Below are positions 1-10,446 of a DNA stretch of 64,000 nt, piece after piece. A program made the translations under genes and the position numbers. The stretch is from an uncultured Phycisphaerales bacterium. Its GTDB lineage: Bacteria; Planctomycetota; Phycisphaerae; Tepidisphaerales; Tepidisphaeraceae. Positions within the stretch are counted from its first letter, which is position 1, and every line of letters begins with the position of its first letter. Location: assembly GCA_963758525.1 (NCBI GenBank), contig CAVWVQ010000002.1, forward strand, positions 392,350 to 456,349, given 5' to 3'. The notes below the pieces were generated by a model, which worked only from the letters and a program-made list of their open reading frames with translations, had not been told where the DNA came from and searched no databases.

Positions 1-1
1 A

Positions 2-1954
2 GCCGCTGCGCCAAACGACGGCAGCGAACTGCAACTTGGTGGGGAGACAGTTCACCCGGACGATGACCAAATCATTCAGCATCCCGGCTGCGGCGAGTTG
101 ATCGTCCAGGATCACAACGGCCAGAAGAACGTCCCGGTGCCGCTCGATCACACCGACGTTTCCGCGCAGATCCAGGGATACATCGCCAGCGTTCATGTCT
201 CGCAGCGGTATCGCAATCCGTTTAACGAGAAGATCGAGGCGGTCTACGTTTTCCCGCTGCCGCAGGACGCGGCGGTCAACGAATTCGTCATGACCATCGG
301 CGAGCGCCACATCCGCGGCATCATCCGCGAGCGGGCCGAGGCGGAGCGCATCTATCACGAGGCGCGAGCCCAGGGATACGTCGCGTCGCTCCTCACGCAG
401 GAACGGCCCAACATTTTTACGCAGTCAGTGGCCAACATCGAGCCGAATAAGCAGATCGACATCAACATCACCTATTTCAACACGATGAACTACGCCGACG
501 GGTGGTATGAATTCGTCTTCCCGATGGTCGTCGGCCCGCGCTTCAATCCGCCTGGCTCGACCGACGGCGTCGGCGCGGTTGCGCGCGGCCGGCATGGAAC
601 TTCCGGACAAGCAACGGAGCTGCAATATCTCCGGCCCGACGAGCGCAGCGGGCATGACATCGCGCTCTCGGTCGATCTCAACGCGGGCGTGCCGATCGAG
701 CAGCTCGACAGCCGCAATCACAAAATCAACGTGAAACAGGAGTCGCCGAACCATGCGATTGTTTCGCTCGACCCGGCGGACAGCATTCCCAACAAGGATT
801 TCGTCCTGCGATACAAAGTGGCCGGCAGCAGGATGAAGTCGGGGATGTTCGTGCAGCGCGACGACCATGGCGGATATTTCACGCTGATGCTTTTCCCGCC
901 CGCGACGCTCACCGAACTGCCACGCCAGCCGATGGAGATGGTCTTCACCATCGACGTTTCCGGCTCTCAAAGCGGTGCGCCGCTGGCACAGGAAAAGGCG
1001 GCAACCCGCTATTGTCTCAAGCACATGGATGCGGGCGACACTTTTCAGATCGTCCGCTTTGGGAACACCGCCAGGAGACTCTTCGCCGCTCCGATGCCCG
1101 CCAATGAGACGAACGTGCAGGAGGCGTTGTCGTACGTTGAAGGTCTCGACGCCAATGAAGGCACCATGCTCGTCGAAGGCGTGCATGCCTCGCTTCTGTT
1201 CCCCCACGATGAAAGCCGGCTCCGCTTCGTCGCGTTCATGACCGACGGATTTATCGGAAATGAAGGTGAAGCCCTCCGCGAGATTCACAACTGCCTTGGA
1301 CCGGCCCGCATCTTCAGCTTCGGCGTCGGCTCATCGACCAATCGGTATCTGCTGGATCACATGGCCAAGATGGGCAACGGCGCCGCCGCGTATCTCGGTT
1401 TAAATGACGACGCAAAACAGGTGATGGGAGACTACTTCGAGCGTATCAGCCATCCCGCGCTGACGGATATCAGCGTCGACTTTGGCTCGATGAACGCCAG
1501 TGAAGTGTTCCCCGAGCGGATCGGCGATCTGTTCGTCGGCCGGCCCGTCGTCATCAGCGGGCGCTTCAACGGCGACGTGCCAAAGCAGGTGATCGTTCAC
1601 GGCAAAGCCGGGGGACGAACGCTCGAATGCGTGGTCCCCATCAGCGCCGAAAACGTCGAGAGCGGCCCATCGCACGCGCTGGCAGCGGTCTGGGCACGCG
1701 CGAAGCTGAGCGACCTTGGCGACCGCGCGGTTTGGGACGCAGATGCAACAGAACAGCTCCCCTCCCAGATGAAGCAGACCGCGCTCGAATATGGCCTGGT
1801 TTGTGACTATACCGCGTTTGTTGCCGTCGATTCGTTGACAAAGACCAGCGGAGATCACGGCACGACCGTAGCCGTCCCTGTGCCGGTGCCCGAAGGCGTT
1901 CGCTACGAAACCACCGTGCAGGACGGCGCCGTCGGCGGGCCGCAGGACAGATAA
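2..1954 (+). CDS. VIT + vWA domain protein (5' end runs off window)
   Basis: VIT motifs (IEAVYVFPLP, NIFTQSVANI), MIDAS-like DVSGSQ and FMTDG; frame is open from position 2. Confidence 0.9.
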   Translation, partial: AAAPNDGSELQLGGETVHPDDDQIIQHPGCGELIVQDHNGQKNVPVPLDHTDVSAQIQGYIASVHVSQRYRNPFNEKIEAVYVFPLPQDAAVNEFVMTIGERHIRGIIRERAEAERIYHEARAQGYVASLLTQERPNIFTQSVANIEPNKQIDINITYFNTMNYADGWYEFVFPMVVGPRFNPPGSTDGVGAVARGRHGTSGQATELQYLRPDERSGHDIALSVDLNAGVPIEQLDSRNHKINVKQESPNHAIVSLDPADSIPNKDFVLRYKVAGSRMKSGMFVQRDDHGGYFTLMLFPPATLTELPRQPMEMVFTIDVSGSQSGAPLAQEKAATRYCLKHMDAGDTFQIVRFGNTARRLFAAPMPANETNVQEALSYVEGLDANEGTMLVEGVHASLLFPHDESRLRFVAFMTDGFIGNEGEALREIHNCLGPARIFSFGVGSSTNRYLLDHMAKMGNGAAAYLGLNDDAKQVMGDYFERISHPALTDISVDFGSMNASEVFPERIGDLFVGRPVVISGRFNGDVPKQVIVHGKAGGRTLECVVPISAENVESGPSHALAAVWARAKLSDLGDRAVWDADATEQLPSQMKQTALEYGLVCDYTAFVAVDSLTKTSGDHGTTVAVPVPVPEGVRYETTVQDGAVGGPQDR

Positions 1955-2080
1955 TCGCATCCGTAACGCGGTGTCTGCGTCGTCCGAGCGATGCAGAAGC
2001 CAGGTGCGGAGAGAGATGCCCCCGCGCATTGACGCGCGCCGACGGTGACGACGCGGCCCGTCGACCCTATCATTTGATCG

Positions 2081-3016
2081 ATGAAGCGATCTCGACTGGT
2101 GTCCTCGATTTATGCTTTGCTTTGTTTTCCGTTCGCAGCCACCGTGCTGGGCGATGTCCCTTCGACGCAGCCCGCCAGAGACCCACAGTGGAAGCTCACC
2201 TGGTCAGATGAGTTCGACGGGGCGACTATCGATCGCGCCAAATGGGGCTTTGACATGGGAAACGCACTGGTCACCGGCGATAAAGGGACGAAAGTGCCGG
2301 GCTGGGGCAATAATGAATTGGAAGACTACACCGATTCTCCACGCAACGTCTTCGTGAAAGATGGGATGCTTCATATCCGTGCCCTGAGGGAGACCGGAAA
2401 GACCATTTCCTTCTCTTCGGCCCGGATCACCACGAAGGGCCGCTTCAAGCAGGCCTTCGGCCGATTTGAATTTCGCGCCCGTCTGCCGGTGGGAAAAGGC
2501 CTCTGGCCGGCGCTGTGGCTCATGCCCGCCGACAATGCGTATGGGTCGTGGGCTGCGTCGGGCGAAATCGATGTGATGGAGAACCGCGGCCAGCACCCGA
2601 CCACCATCTTTGGCACCATCCACTTCGGCTCCCGCTGGCCGAGCAACATTTTTCTCTCCACCAAATACACCTTCCCCGTCGGCCAGAGCATCGCCGATTT
2701 TCACCTCTACAGTGTCGAATGGAGTCCGACGGAGATTCGCTGGTTTGTCGACGATCACCTTTACGCCAGGCAGACACACTGGTGGAGTTGCAGCAAGATT
2801 GACGCGCTCAACCGCGGGCTCGCCCCAAAAGGGAGCAAGGATTTGCACCCCTTCCCCGCCCCGTTCGATCAGCCGTTCTATCTCCTGATGAATCTGGCCG
2901 TCGGAGGCCGTTTCGTCGGCGCCCCGGACCAGACGACGCAATTCCCCGCTGAGATGCTGGTGGATTACGTGCGCGTGTATCAGCGCTTCGATGCGCCATC
3001 CGCCGGGAAATCGTAA
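2081..3016 (+). CDS. Glycoside hydrolase family 16 (laminarinase-like), secreted
   Basis: Signal peptide; WSDEFDG, GLWPALW, catalytic EIDVME, PFDQPFYLLMNLAVGG, VDYVRVY. Confidence 0.92.
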   Translation: MKRSRLVSSIYALLCFPFAATVLGDVPSTQPARDPQWKLTWSDEFDGATIDRAKWGFDMGNALVTGDKGTKVPGWGNNELEDYTDSPRNVFVKDGMLHIRALRETGKTISFSSARITTKGRFKQAFGRFEFRARLPVGKGLWPALWLMPADNAYGSWAASGEIDVMENRGQHPTTIFGTIHFGSRWPSNIFLSTKYTFPVGQSIADFHLYSVEWSPTEIRWFVDDHLYARQTHWWSCSKIDALNRGLAPKGSKDLHPFPAPFDQPFYLLMNLAVGGRFVGAPDQTTQFPAEMLVDYVRVYQRFDAPSAGKS

Positions 3017-3043
3017 GCCACGCCGATCGCTCCTGGGCGCAAA

Positions 3044-3077
3044 CGCGGAGACGCAGCAATTCGGCTGCGTCTCCGCG
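3044..3077. repeat. REP-like palindrome / possible bidirectional terminator
   Basis: Perfect 14-bp inverted repeat CGCGGAGACGCAGC-aattcg-GCTGCGTCTCCGCG between convergent genes. Confidence 0.75.
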
Positions 3078-3089
3078 CGGCTTCCGCGC

Positions 3090-4992
3090 TCAGCAGTGCG
3101 CGTCCAGATCAATCTGGGCTGCCGTGGCATCGGCGGTGTAACCCGTTCCCGTCGAGACCGTCGCCTGCACGAACGACGTCGAGTTCGGGCTCCCATTGGC
3201 CGGGACGACCGCGACGATCGCATCCTGCTGCCCGGCTTCAAATGTGATGTCGGTCGGCAGATCATCGACGTAATCCGCGGTGCCGACCGCGGTGCTTCCG
3301 GCATAACTGACGGCCACGGTGAGCGCGGCGCTGAGGTCGCCGTTGCGGTGGAAGGTGAAGTATCCGTTCTGGCCGTTGCCATCCGCACCGCTGAAGCTTG
3401 CGGCTGGCTGGACAGCAGCCACGCTCACCGTCGGCAGCGCGAGGGCGGTGACGGTTGCAACCGACGAGGGGCTGCTGTCGCCCGCATCCCCCACAGCAGT
3501 GATTCTGTAGTCATAGGCGGTTCCGGGGGTGACGGTCGTGTCGTTGAACTGCGTGACGTCCGCGTCAATCGTGCCGACGTTGCTCCAATCGGCTGCGCCG
3601 GCCGGCGAGCGTTGGACGACGAAGCTGGTTTCATTCGCCGAGCTGTTGTCCCAAAGGACATGTACGCCATCGGCTCGTGGCGTCGCGGAGACATTGGCGG
3701 GCGTGCCGGGCGCGCCGCCCGAGAGCGTGGCGGCCGCGGAGAATTTCGATTCCTCCAAATATCCTCCGTCCTCGTCTGGCGCTGTGGTCATCGCGGTGAC
3801 CACATAGGTCGCCCCGGCCTGGCCGTAGAGTTCGGCGCTGGTCGTGGAAGAATCGACAAACGTCTCCGCGCTGCGGGTTCCGTCGGCGTCCGCCTCATAG
3901 ACCATGAAGCCGACCATGTTCGGCGTGTCCAGATCGTAAGACCAGCTGACGTCTGCCGTATCGGTCCCGGAGCCTGGAACGACGGTGATACCTGTGGGCG
4001 CGGTGGGAAGCGTGCCGGGCGTTGTGACGGTGACGAGCGATGGTGCGGACAGGGCCAATGTAGACGGATCCATCGCCTGTGCCCAGATCGTGTACGTTGT
4101 GTTCGGGTTTACCGAGAGCACATCATTGCCGTAGCCCCACCACCAGTTGCTGTCCAGCCCAGGATATTCAGGACTGCTGAGGGTGAGAATAAGCAGGTCA
4201 CCGTTGGAGTCCGAGACGGAAAATGAACTGGGCTGCAGGTCGCTGATCGTCAGCCCGGTGGGCGCGGCCGGCCCACCGGGGTCGCCGGTGAGGAACTCCC
4301 CACTACAGGTATTTGCCGTGGCGACGGCGGAGTCAATTGCGGTGCCGCCATTATCCGCGCGGATCCGAAACGAATAATTCATATCGCTGGCAAGGCCCGT
4401 CACGGCGTAGGACTGATCGCTCGACGTCGTGGAATTCCCCAGATCGGCAACTTCATGAAAATTCGAGTCGGCGGGACCCATCTCCTCCAGCTCCAGATGC
4501 GAGCCGTCGGAGGTGGAATAGGTCAGATCGATCTCCGACGTGGAAGCGGCAACGGCGGCCAGCTCCGGTTCGACCGGCGCCGCCAACGGCGCCGCGGGAG
4601 TCGTGGCGCTGGCTGTTCCCGCCGATGAAGTGCCACCGCCTGCGACGGCAAAGACCTCATAGCTGTATGACGTCGAAGCCGTCAAGGCGGAGTCGGAGAA
4701 GCTGGTCGTTCCCGGCGCGGTGGTTCCCAGATCCGTCCAACTGCCGCCGGTGGACCGCTTGACGTCAAAGCTGGTTTCGTCGGAGGCGTTGTTCTGCCAT
4801 ACGAGCTGGACCTGGGTGCTGGTGAGCGCCACTGCCGCGACATTGGTCGGGGCGGCGGTGTAGAGCAGGCGGCTCTCTAGCGACTCCATCACTGCATCCA
4901 CGGCCGGGCGAAGAGCCGCGGAACATGGATCCAACCGGCGTGCCGCTTTGAAAGAACGATGCGCGGAATCCGCGCAGCGAGAGATTCAGCAT
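3090..4992 (-). CDS. Extracellular fibronectin type III repeat / Calx-beta-like protein with planctomycete ESLESRLL motif (probable indel near 5' end)
   Basis: ORF 3090-4934 has several FN3 repeats (APTNVAA..LVW.NN..ETSF.V.RS); strong RBS GAGGAG precedes ATG at 4992 in a different frame. Confidence 0.8.
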
Positions 4993-5330
4993 AAAGCTCC
5001 TCAAGTTGTAGAACCCCATCGAACTGATCAAGTCAAACATCCCGGCCCACACCGGAATGCAAGCGAACGGCGGGGACCGCCGCCGCCCCAGCGGGGTCGG
5101 GCGGCCTGTCCCCATTGTTTTTGTCCGCTCTGCGCCGGCAACATAAAGCGGCCCTGACCGATTACAAGCGGGAAATCCAGTTGCGGCGGACTTTTAGCCA
5201 GTATCTGCTACATTCGCTATAAATACTGGTATGCCCTACGCCGGCGTGCGGGAACAGCGTTCGAGGCGTGGAGAGGAAACCTTACAGTCCGGGGAGTGAT
5301 TCTCGGATTTTGGAACTGGGATTGAAGACG

Positions 5331-6542
5331 TTATGCAGCGACGCTGGAACTGGCGGCGGCGGTGTCCTTCTCCAGGAATTGTGCGCCGAAGAGCCAGAAA
5401 AGACCGCCGACGACCATCATCAAGCTGACGAAGAGGAACGCGGTGTTCATCGAATAGTGATCCGAGAGCCAGCCGATGACCGGTGGGGAAACCGCATCGC
5501 CCAGGGCATGAATGATGAAGATGTTGAGGGCAAAGGCAGTGGCGCGAACGGAAGGATGCGTGACGTTGGCAAGGATGGTGTTGCTCGGGCCGGTATTGAA
5601 AAAGAGACAGAACACCGCCAGAAACATCAGGATCCAGGCCGCGGGAAACGGGACGTAGAGAAGCAGCACGAAGAAGGGAAATCCGCAGAGCAGACCAGCC
5701 GCGGAGACCAGAAAGTACGAACCCGTGAAACGAGAGCGAAGCGCATCGCCGGCGATTCCACCCAGCAGCGTGGCAAGCAGCCCGGCGACAACCGTGATCG
5801 CCCCGAAGATGGTGTTGACGCGCGCCAGGTTCGAGTAGTGGCGATACTCGACAATATACTTGGGCATCCAGAAGCCGATGCCCCCGATCGCGAAGGTCAT
5901 GGCGGTCATGCCGATCGTGTCAAAGAGATAGGAGCGGTTGGCGAGAATCGCCGCGTAATCCTGCCAGACGTTTCGTCGCGGACCAACGGCCAGTGGACGC
6001 AACCTTTTGCCACGCGGATCTTTCATGAAAAGCGACCAGATTCCCAACGCCATGCCAGGAATGACCACCGCATAAAACGCGGCGCGCCAGCCGTAGGTCC
6101 CGCCGATTTTTCCGCCGAGCACATAGCCCAAAGCGCTTCCCACGGGGATCGCCAGATAAAAACCGGCCAGCACCTTGCCGCGGACCGCGACCGGGTAGAG
6201 ATCGGACAGAATTGTCGGCGCGACCGGCCCGTATGCGGCTTCGCCGACGCCGACGAAGCAGCGTGTGATGAGCAATGCGACAAACGTCCGCGCCAGGCCC
6301 GAGCCGCCGCTGGCGAGACTCCAGAGGATCACTCCAATCGCCACCAACAGCCAGCGCGACATGCGGTCGGCCAGGCGTCCGAAGATCGGGGAGATCAGCA
6401 TGTACGAGAGAAGGAACGCGGTCGCCAGCGAACCCATCGCGGCTTCGGAGCGATGAAATGTCTGCTCGATCTGCGGCTCCACCGCCGAGAGGACCTGGCG
6501 ATCGACGTAATTGAAGAGATTGATGCACAGGAGCAATGCCAA
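5331..6542 (-). CDS. MFS transporter, spinster-like
   Basis: NLFNYVDRQ, GRLADRMSR motif A, RCFVGVGEA, about 12 TM segments; start uncertain. Confidence 0.9.
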   Translation of the reverse strand: MALLLCINLFNYVDRQVLSAVEPQIEQTFHRSEAAMGSLATAFLLSYMLISPIFGRLADRMSRWLLVAIGVILWSLASGGSGLARTFVALLITRCFVGVGEAAYGPVAPTILSDLYPVAVRGKVLAGFYLAIPVGSALGYVLGGKIGGTYGWRAAFYAVVIPGMALGIWSLFMKDPRGKRLRPLAVGPRRNVWQDYAAILANRSYLFDTIGMTAMTFAIGGIGFWMPKYIVEYRHYSNLARVNTIFGAITVVAGLLATLLGGIAGDALRSRFTGSYFLVSAAGLLCGFPFFVLLLYVPFPAAWILMFLAVFCLFFNTGPSNTILANVTHPSVRATAFALNIFIIHALGDAVSPPVIGWLSDHYSMNTAFLFVSLMMVVGGLFWLFGAQFLEKDTAAASSSVAA

Positions 6543-6711
6543 CGCGGCGCCGGCGCGCGCGCGGGGCGATGCAACTGGTTCTGCGACGCGACATCACCGC
6601 CGTCGGGGCTCAACATTCGACCGCATCTTGCCGGGAGCGCAACGGGAGTGCAAACTTGCGGCGACAAGGCAGCCAGGACCAGAAGCCAAAAGCCAGGAAC
6701 GCGAGGCCATC

Positions 6712-7725
6712 ATGGAAAATCAACCGGTCACGCCGCAACGCATTATGGAGATGGCCTGGGGATATGCGCCGCCGTTGATTCTCGAATCGGCAGTTCGCAA
6801 CGGGCTGTTCGACGCGATGGAGAAAGGGCCGCGCACGCTGGCTGAGCTTTGCGAGGCGACGGGCGTCAGTGAGCGGGGAGCCAGGGCGGTGCTCAACGCG
6901 CTGGTTGGATTTGGCTTTGCCTCCAAAGCCCGCGGGAAATATGCGCTCACACCAGAGAGTGCCGCTTTCCTCGTGCGCGGCAAGCCGGGCTATCTCGGCG
7001 GGTTTCTCACCCACATCAGCGAGCAGTTGATTCCGAATTGGCTGAAGCTTGCGGAGACGACCCGCAGCGGCAAGCCGCCGCAGCGAGTGGATGCTGAGAG
7101 GACCGGTGCGGAGTTTTTCAAGAGCTTCGTGAAGGACCTGTTCCCGATGAACCATCCCGCCGCCGTGGCACTGGCCGACGCACTGGCCCCGGAACTGGGC
7201 GAGGAACCCGCGGAGATCCTTGACCTGGCCGCCGGGTCGGGCGTGGGGGGTCTGACGATTGCGCAGCGCTCTCCTGGAGTGCGCGTAACAGCGGTGGATT
7301 GGCCCATGGTGACGCCCGTCACCGAGGAAGTGGCCGCGGAGATGGGATTGGCAGATCGTCTTCGCGTCATCAAGGGCGATATCCTTGAAGCGGATTTCGG
7401 CAGCGGCTATCGAGTCGCGACGCTGGGACACATCCTGCACAGCGAAGGAATCGACCGGTCGCACCGGCTGCTGAAGCGCGTGTTCGACGCGCTGGCCCCA
7501 GGAGGGACGATCGCGATTGCCGAATTTATTGTGAAGGACGATCGCACAGGCCCGCCGCAGGCGTTGATCTTCGCCGTCAACATGCTCGTGCACACCGAAG
7601 CGGGAGATACATTTTCCTTCGAGCAAATGAGCAACTGGCTGAACGAAACCGGATTTCACCAGGTTCGCGCGCTGGATACCGGCGGCCATTCGCCGCTGGT
7701 GCTGGCGACCAAGCCAAAGAGCTGA
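6712..7725 (+). CDS. SAM-dependent O-methyltransferase (dimerisation domain + methyltransferase_2)
   Basis: LDLAAGSG motif I, GHILH, ALAPGGTIAIAE; N-terminal winged helix. Confidence 0.9.
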   Translation: MENQPVTPQRIMEMAWGYAPPLILESAVRNGLFDAMEKGPRTLAELCEATGVSERGARAVLNALVGFGFASKARGKYALTPESAAFLVRGKPGYLGGFLTHISEQLIPNWLKLAETTRSGKPPQRVDAERTGAEFFKSFVKDLFPMNHPAAVALADALAPELGEEPAEILDLAAGSGVGGLTIAQRSPGVRVTAVDWPMVTPVTEEVAAEMGLADRLRVIKGDILEADFGSGYRVATLGHILHSEGIDRSHRLLKRVFDALAPGGTIAIAEFIVKDDRTGPPQALIFAVNMLVHTEAGDTFSFEQMSNWLNETGFHQVRALDTGGHSPLVLATKPKS

Positions 7726-7803
7726 AAGTCGAGGCCCTGTTTAGAGCCAGTGCTCGCGCGCGAAGAACATGATCAATTTCGAAGCCGCAAGCAACGCAAT
7801 CAT

Positions 7804-7857
7804 GTAGCACGGCCGTCCCGGCTGTGGCCGAAATCAGAGCCGGGACGGCCATGCTAC
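7804..7857. repeat. REP doublet, family A (GTAGCACGGCCGT...)
   Basis: GTAGCACGGCCGTCCCGGC ... GCCGGGACGGCCATGCTAC inverted pair; related copy at 30754-30808. Confidence 0.8.
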
Positions 7858-8004
7858 GAGGGAGTCGCCCTGTCCTGTCCGCGAAAATGCTTCAGCGCGA
7901 TGGGTGGTGTAGTGGCTAATCGAAAGTGGAATCCAGAAGTGACAAGGACTTTACCAGAGCCGATACCAAACATGGCCTAAGCCCTCCACCGCCGCCTCGG
8001 CTGG

Positions 8005-9183
8005 TCATCCATTCGGCGGCGCAGGCGCGACGGGTGGCGGAGCAATGCCGGCCAGGTGCTGGAGTTCGGATGTGGCCAGCGCGATTTCCTTGGGGCCGTG
8101 CAGGCGGGTCAGGGAACGTGTGAGGTATTCCCGGGCGCGGCCATAGCGATCCAGGTAGCGCGCATAGATGAGCCCGAGCATCAGCTCGATCTGTTCAATC
8201 TGCTCGTACTTGGGATACGTGGCAAGGAACAGTTCGTAAGCATCGGCGGCTTCGCGATACAACCGAGCGTTGGCCAGATGATTGGCAATGTCGAGTTGAG
8301 CCTGGCGGGCGAGGACCTGTCCGGGGGCGATCTGTTGAAGATCGAGATACAGCCGCGCGGCGGTGTCGAGATCGTGACGTGCCAGCGCCTCGGAGATATG
8401 CGACCGCAATTGGCTGATCTGGATGGTCTTCGGATCGGGTGGCTCCGGACGCTGCACGGCGGGTGCGGGAGTGTAGTTGAACGGGTTGTAGCCGGAGGTG
8501 ACCAGATCGCGGTACTGGCGGCGTTTGTTCCATCGCTGGGTGATGGCAAGGAAATCAAACTGATCGCGTGGCAGCAGGCGAATCCACAGCAAAAGGAAGC
8601 AGGTGCCAAAGCCGAAGAGCGTTCCACCGATGTGGGCGACGTGGGCGACGTTGTCCGACTTGGTAAAGTTGGACCAGACGTCAAACGCGAAGAACATCAG
8701 GATGAACCAGAGTCCGGAGATCTCATACTGCCCGATGATGTACAGGAACAAGAGCACCGTGATGTGGGAGCGCGGAAAGAGAACCAGGAAGGCGCCGGTG
8801 ACCGAGGCGATCGCGCCGCTGGCGCCGATGACGGGCAGCACCTGGTCGGGAACCAGCACGTAGAGTATCCCCGCGAAGACTCCGCCCGCCAGGTAATACG
8901 CGAGGTAGCCGGCGTTTCCCATCTTGTCGTTGACGTTGTTTCCAAAAATGTAGAGGAAGAGCATGTTGCCGCCGATGTGCATCCAGTCGGCGTGGAGAAA
9001 AGCGTAGCTGATGAACTGATAGACCTGCGGATTGCGCGGTGAAAGCACCAGGTCGTATCGGCCGACGACCGATGGGTTGATGTAGTGGGTGTAAATGAAG
9101 ACCAGCACATTGGCCGCAATCAACGCCCAATTGGTGTACGGCGAATGCCGCAGCGGCCTGTCAGTGCGAAGCGGAATGATCAT
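8005..9183 (-). CDS. Rhomboid intramembrane serine protease with C-terminal TPR-like region
   Basis: FLHADWMHIGGNM, catalytic GASG, AHVAHIGG; helical-repeat C-terminus. Confidence 0.92.
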   Translation of the reverse strand: MIIPLRTDRPLRHSPYTNWALIAANVLVFIYTHYINPSVVGRYDLVLSPRNPQVYQFISYAFLHADWMHIGGNMLFLYIFGNNVNDKMGNAGYLAYYLAGGVFAGILYVLVPDQVLPVIGASGAIASVTGAFLVLFPRSHITVLLFLYIIGQYEISGLWFILMFFAFDVWSNFTKSDNVAHVAHIGGTLFGFGTCFLLLWIRLLPRDQFDFLAITQRWNKRRQYRDLVTSGYNPFNYTPAPAVQRPEPPDPKTIQISQLRSHISEALARHDLDTAARLYLDLQQIAPGQVLARQAQLDIANHLANARLYREAADAYELFLATYPKYEQIEQIELMLGLIYARYLDRYGRAREYLTRSLTRLHGPKEIALATSELQHLAGIAPPPVAPAPPNG

Positions 9184-9337
9184 GACGACGACGGATGTTC
9201 AGCGGAATGAAGCGGCGCGACGCGGTTGTCAATAAATCCAGAGCGCTGAGCGAGTGTTCCATGGGCAGCGTTCCCTTTCGCGCCAGCACGCGCGTTTTGC
9301 GCTCCTGTCGCGCGAGCAGCTGCCGATGCGCGCTCAC

Positions 9338-9808
9338 TCAATGATGTTCCTTGATCATACGCAGCCGGCGGCCCCCGCGATCCCACCAGACCCGGCTCAT
9401 ATACGACTCGATCAACAGGATGCCGCGGCCGCTGCACTTTTCGAGGTTTTCGTCGGCGGTCGGATCGGGAACGCCGCCGCGGTCGAAGCCGGGGCCTTCG
9501 TCCTCGATCAAAAATTCGACTTTTTTCGCGGTGATACGCGCCTCAATGCGCACCCGCTTGGCGGGGTCGAGCCGATTGCCGTGACGAATTGCGTTGACCA
9601 GCGCCTCCTCCAGCGCGAGCTTGATCCCAAAGAACTCGCGACCTGTGAAGCCGGCTTTTTCCACCCGCTCCAGAATCTGCTCCTGTGCGGCAAGCTGGGC
9701 ATCATGGCTGGAGTGAATGGTGAAAACTAATTTTGCGGGAGCGTGTTTTCCGTTGGTGTTCCTGCCGGCGCGACGGCCCTCTTCACGATTCGAACCAGTC
9801 ACCGCCAT
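9338..9808 (-). CDS. Anti-sigma factor / serine kinase (RsbW-like HATPase_c)
   Basis: EEALVNAIRHGN, DEGPGFD, GRGILLI. Confidence 0.9.
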   Translation of the reverse strand: MAVTGSNREEGRRAGRNTNGKHAPAKLVFTIHSSHDAQLAAQEQILERVEKAGFTGREFFGIKLALEEALVNAIRHGNRLDPAKRVRIEARITAKKVEFLIEDEGPGFDRGGVPDPTADENLEKCSGRGILLIESYMSRVWWDRGGRRLRMIKEHH

Positions 9809-9836
9809 CTGGGAGACCTTTCCGGTGGTCAAGTTC

Positions 9837-10199
9837 TCACTGGGCAAAGCTGGCCAGGGCTTCCGCACGCCCCGGCATGATGCGGAACAGGCGATTCAGC
9901 TTCGTGATCTCGAAGACCTCCATGATCTGCGGCTTGATGTTCGCCAGCCGAAGCTGACCATTTTTCTGCCGGATGCGATTGTTGGCATTGATCAACATTC
10001 CCAAAGCGGCGCTGCTGAGATGATCGACCGTGCGAAAATCCAACAGCAGCTTGGGATTGCTGCGCTCGTCAATCAAGACGTTCAGCGCACGACCGATGTC
10101 GGTAATGTTGCCCTCGTCTAGAATGCGGCTGTTGGTAAATTCGACCACCCGGATGTCCTTCTCCTGGGTGATTTCAACAGGCGGTGTGCTGTCGGCCAT
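9837..10199 (-). CDS. STAS anti-sigma factor antagonist (RsbV-like)
   Basis: LLLDFRTVDHLSSAALG, VFEITKL; RBS GAGG before ATG 10199. Confidence 0.92.
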   Translation of the reverse strand: MADSTPPVEITQEKDIRVVEFTNSRILDEGNITDIGRALNVLIDERSNPKLLLDFRTVDHLSSAALGMLINANNRIRQKNGQLRLANIKPQIMEVFEITKLNRLFRIMPGRAEALASFAQ

Positions 10200-10301
10200 G
10201 CCAATGTCCTCGATTTCCCCTTCCGGAGATAAAAAGCTGTTCATGGTAAACGGTAAGATCGGCTAAAAAGAGTGTCAAGTTTTGGGAAAGGGCATTGGGG
10301 A

Positions 10302-10337
10302 AGGCACGGAGGCACGAAGGCACCAAGGCACGAAGGG
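10302..10337 (+). repeat. Octamer tandem repeat (AGGCACGA)n
   Basis: AGGCACGG AGGCACGA AGGCACCA AGGCACGA; same unit at 25761-25925. Confidence 0.8.
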
Positions 10338-10389
10338 AAAACCAAGGGCGTATGCGACGCGTTTTGAGCTGCTTATCGCTTCAGATTAA

Positions 10390-10446
10390 ACCCCGAACCC
10401 TGACACACTGAACCCTGAACCCTGAACCCTGACACCCCGAACCCTC
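10390..10446 (+). repeat. Heptamer tandem repeat (CCTGAAC)n
   Basis: About 8 imperfect units directly after the stop of the BatA-like gene; same unit at 18720-18957. Confidence 0.85.
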
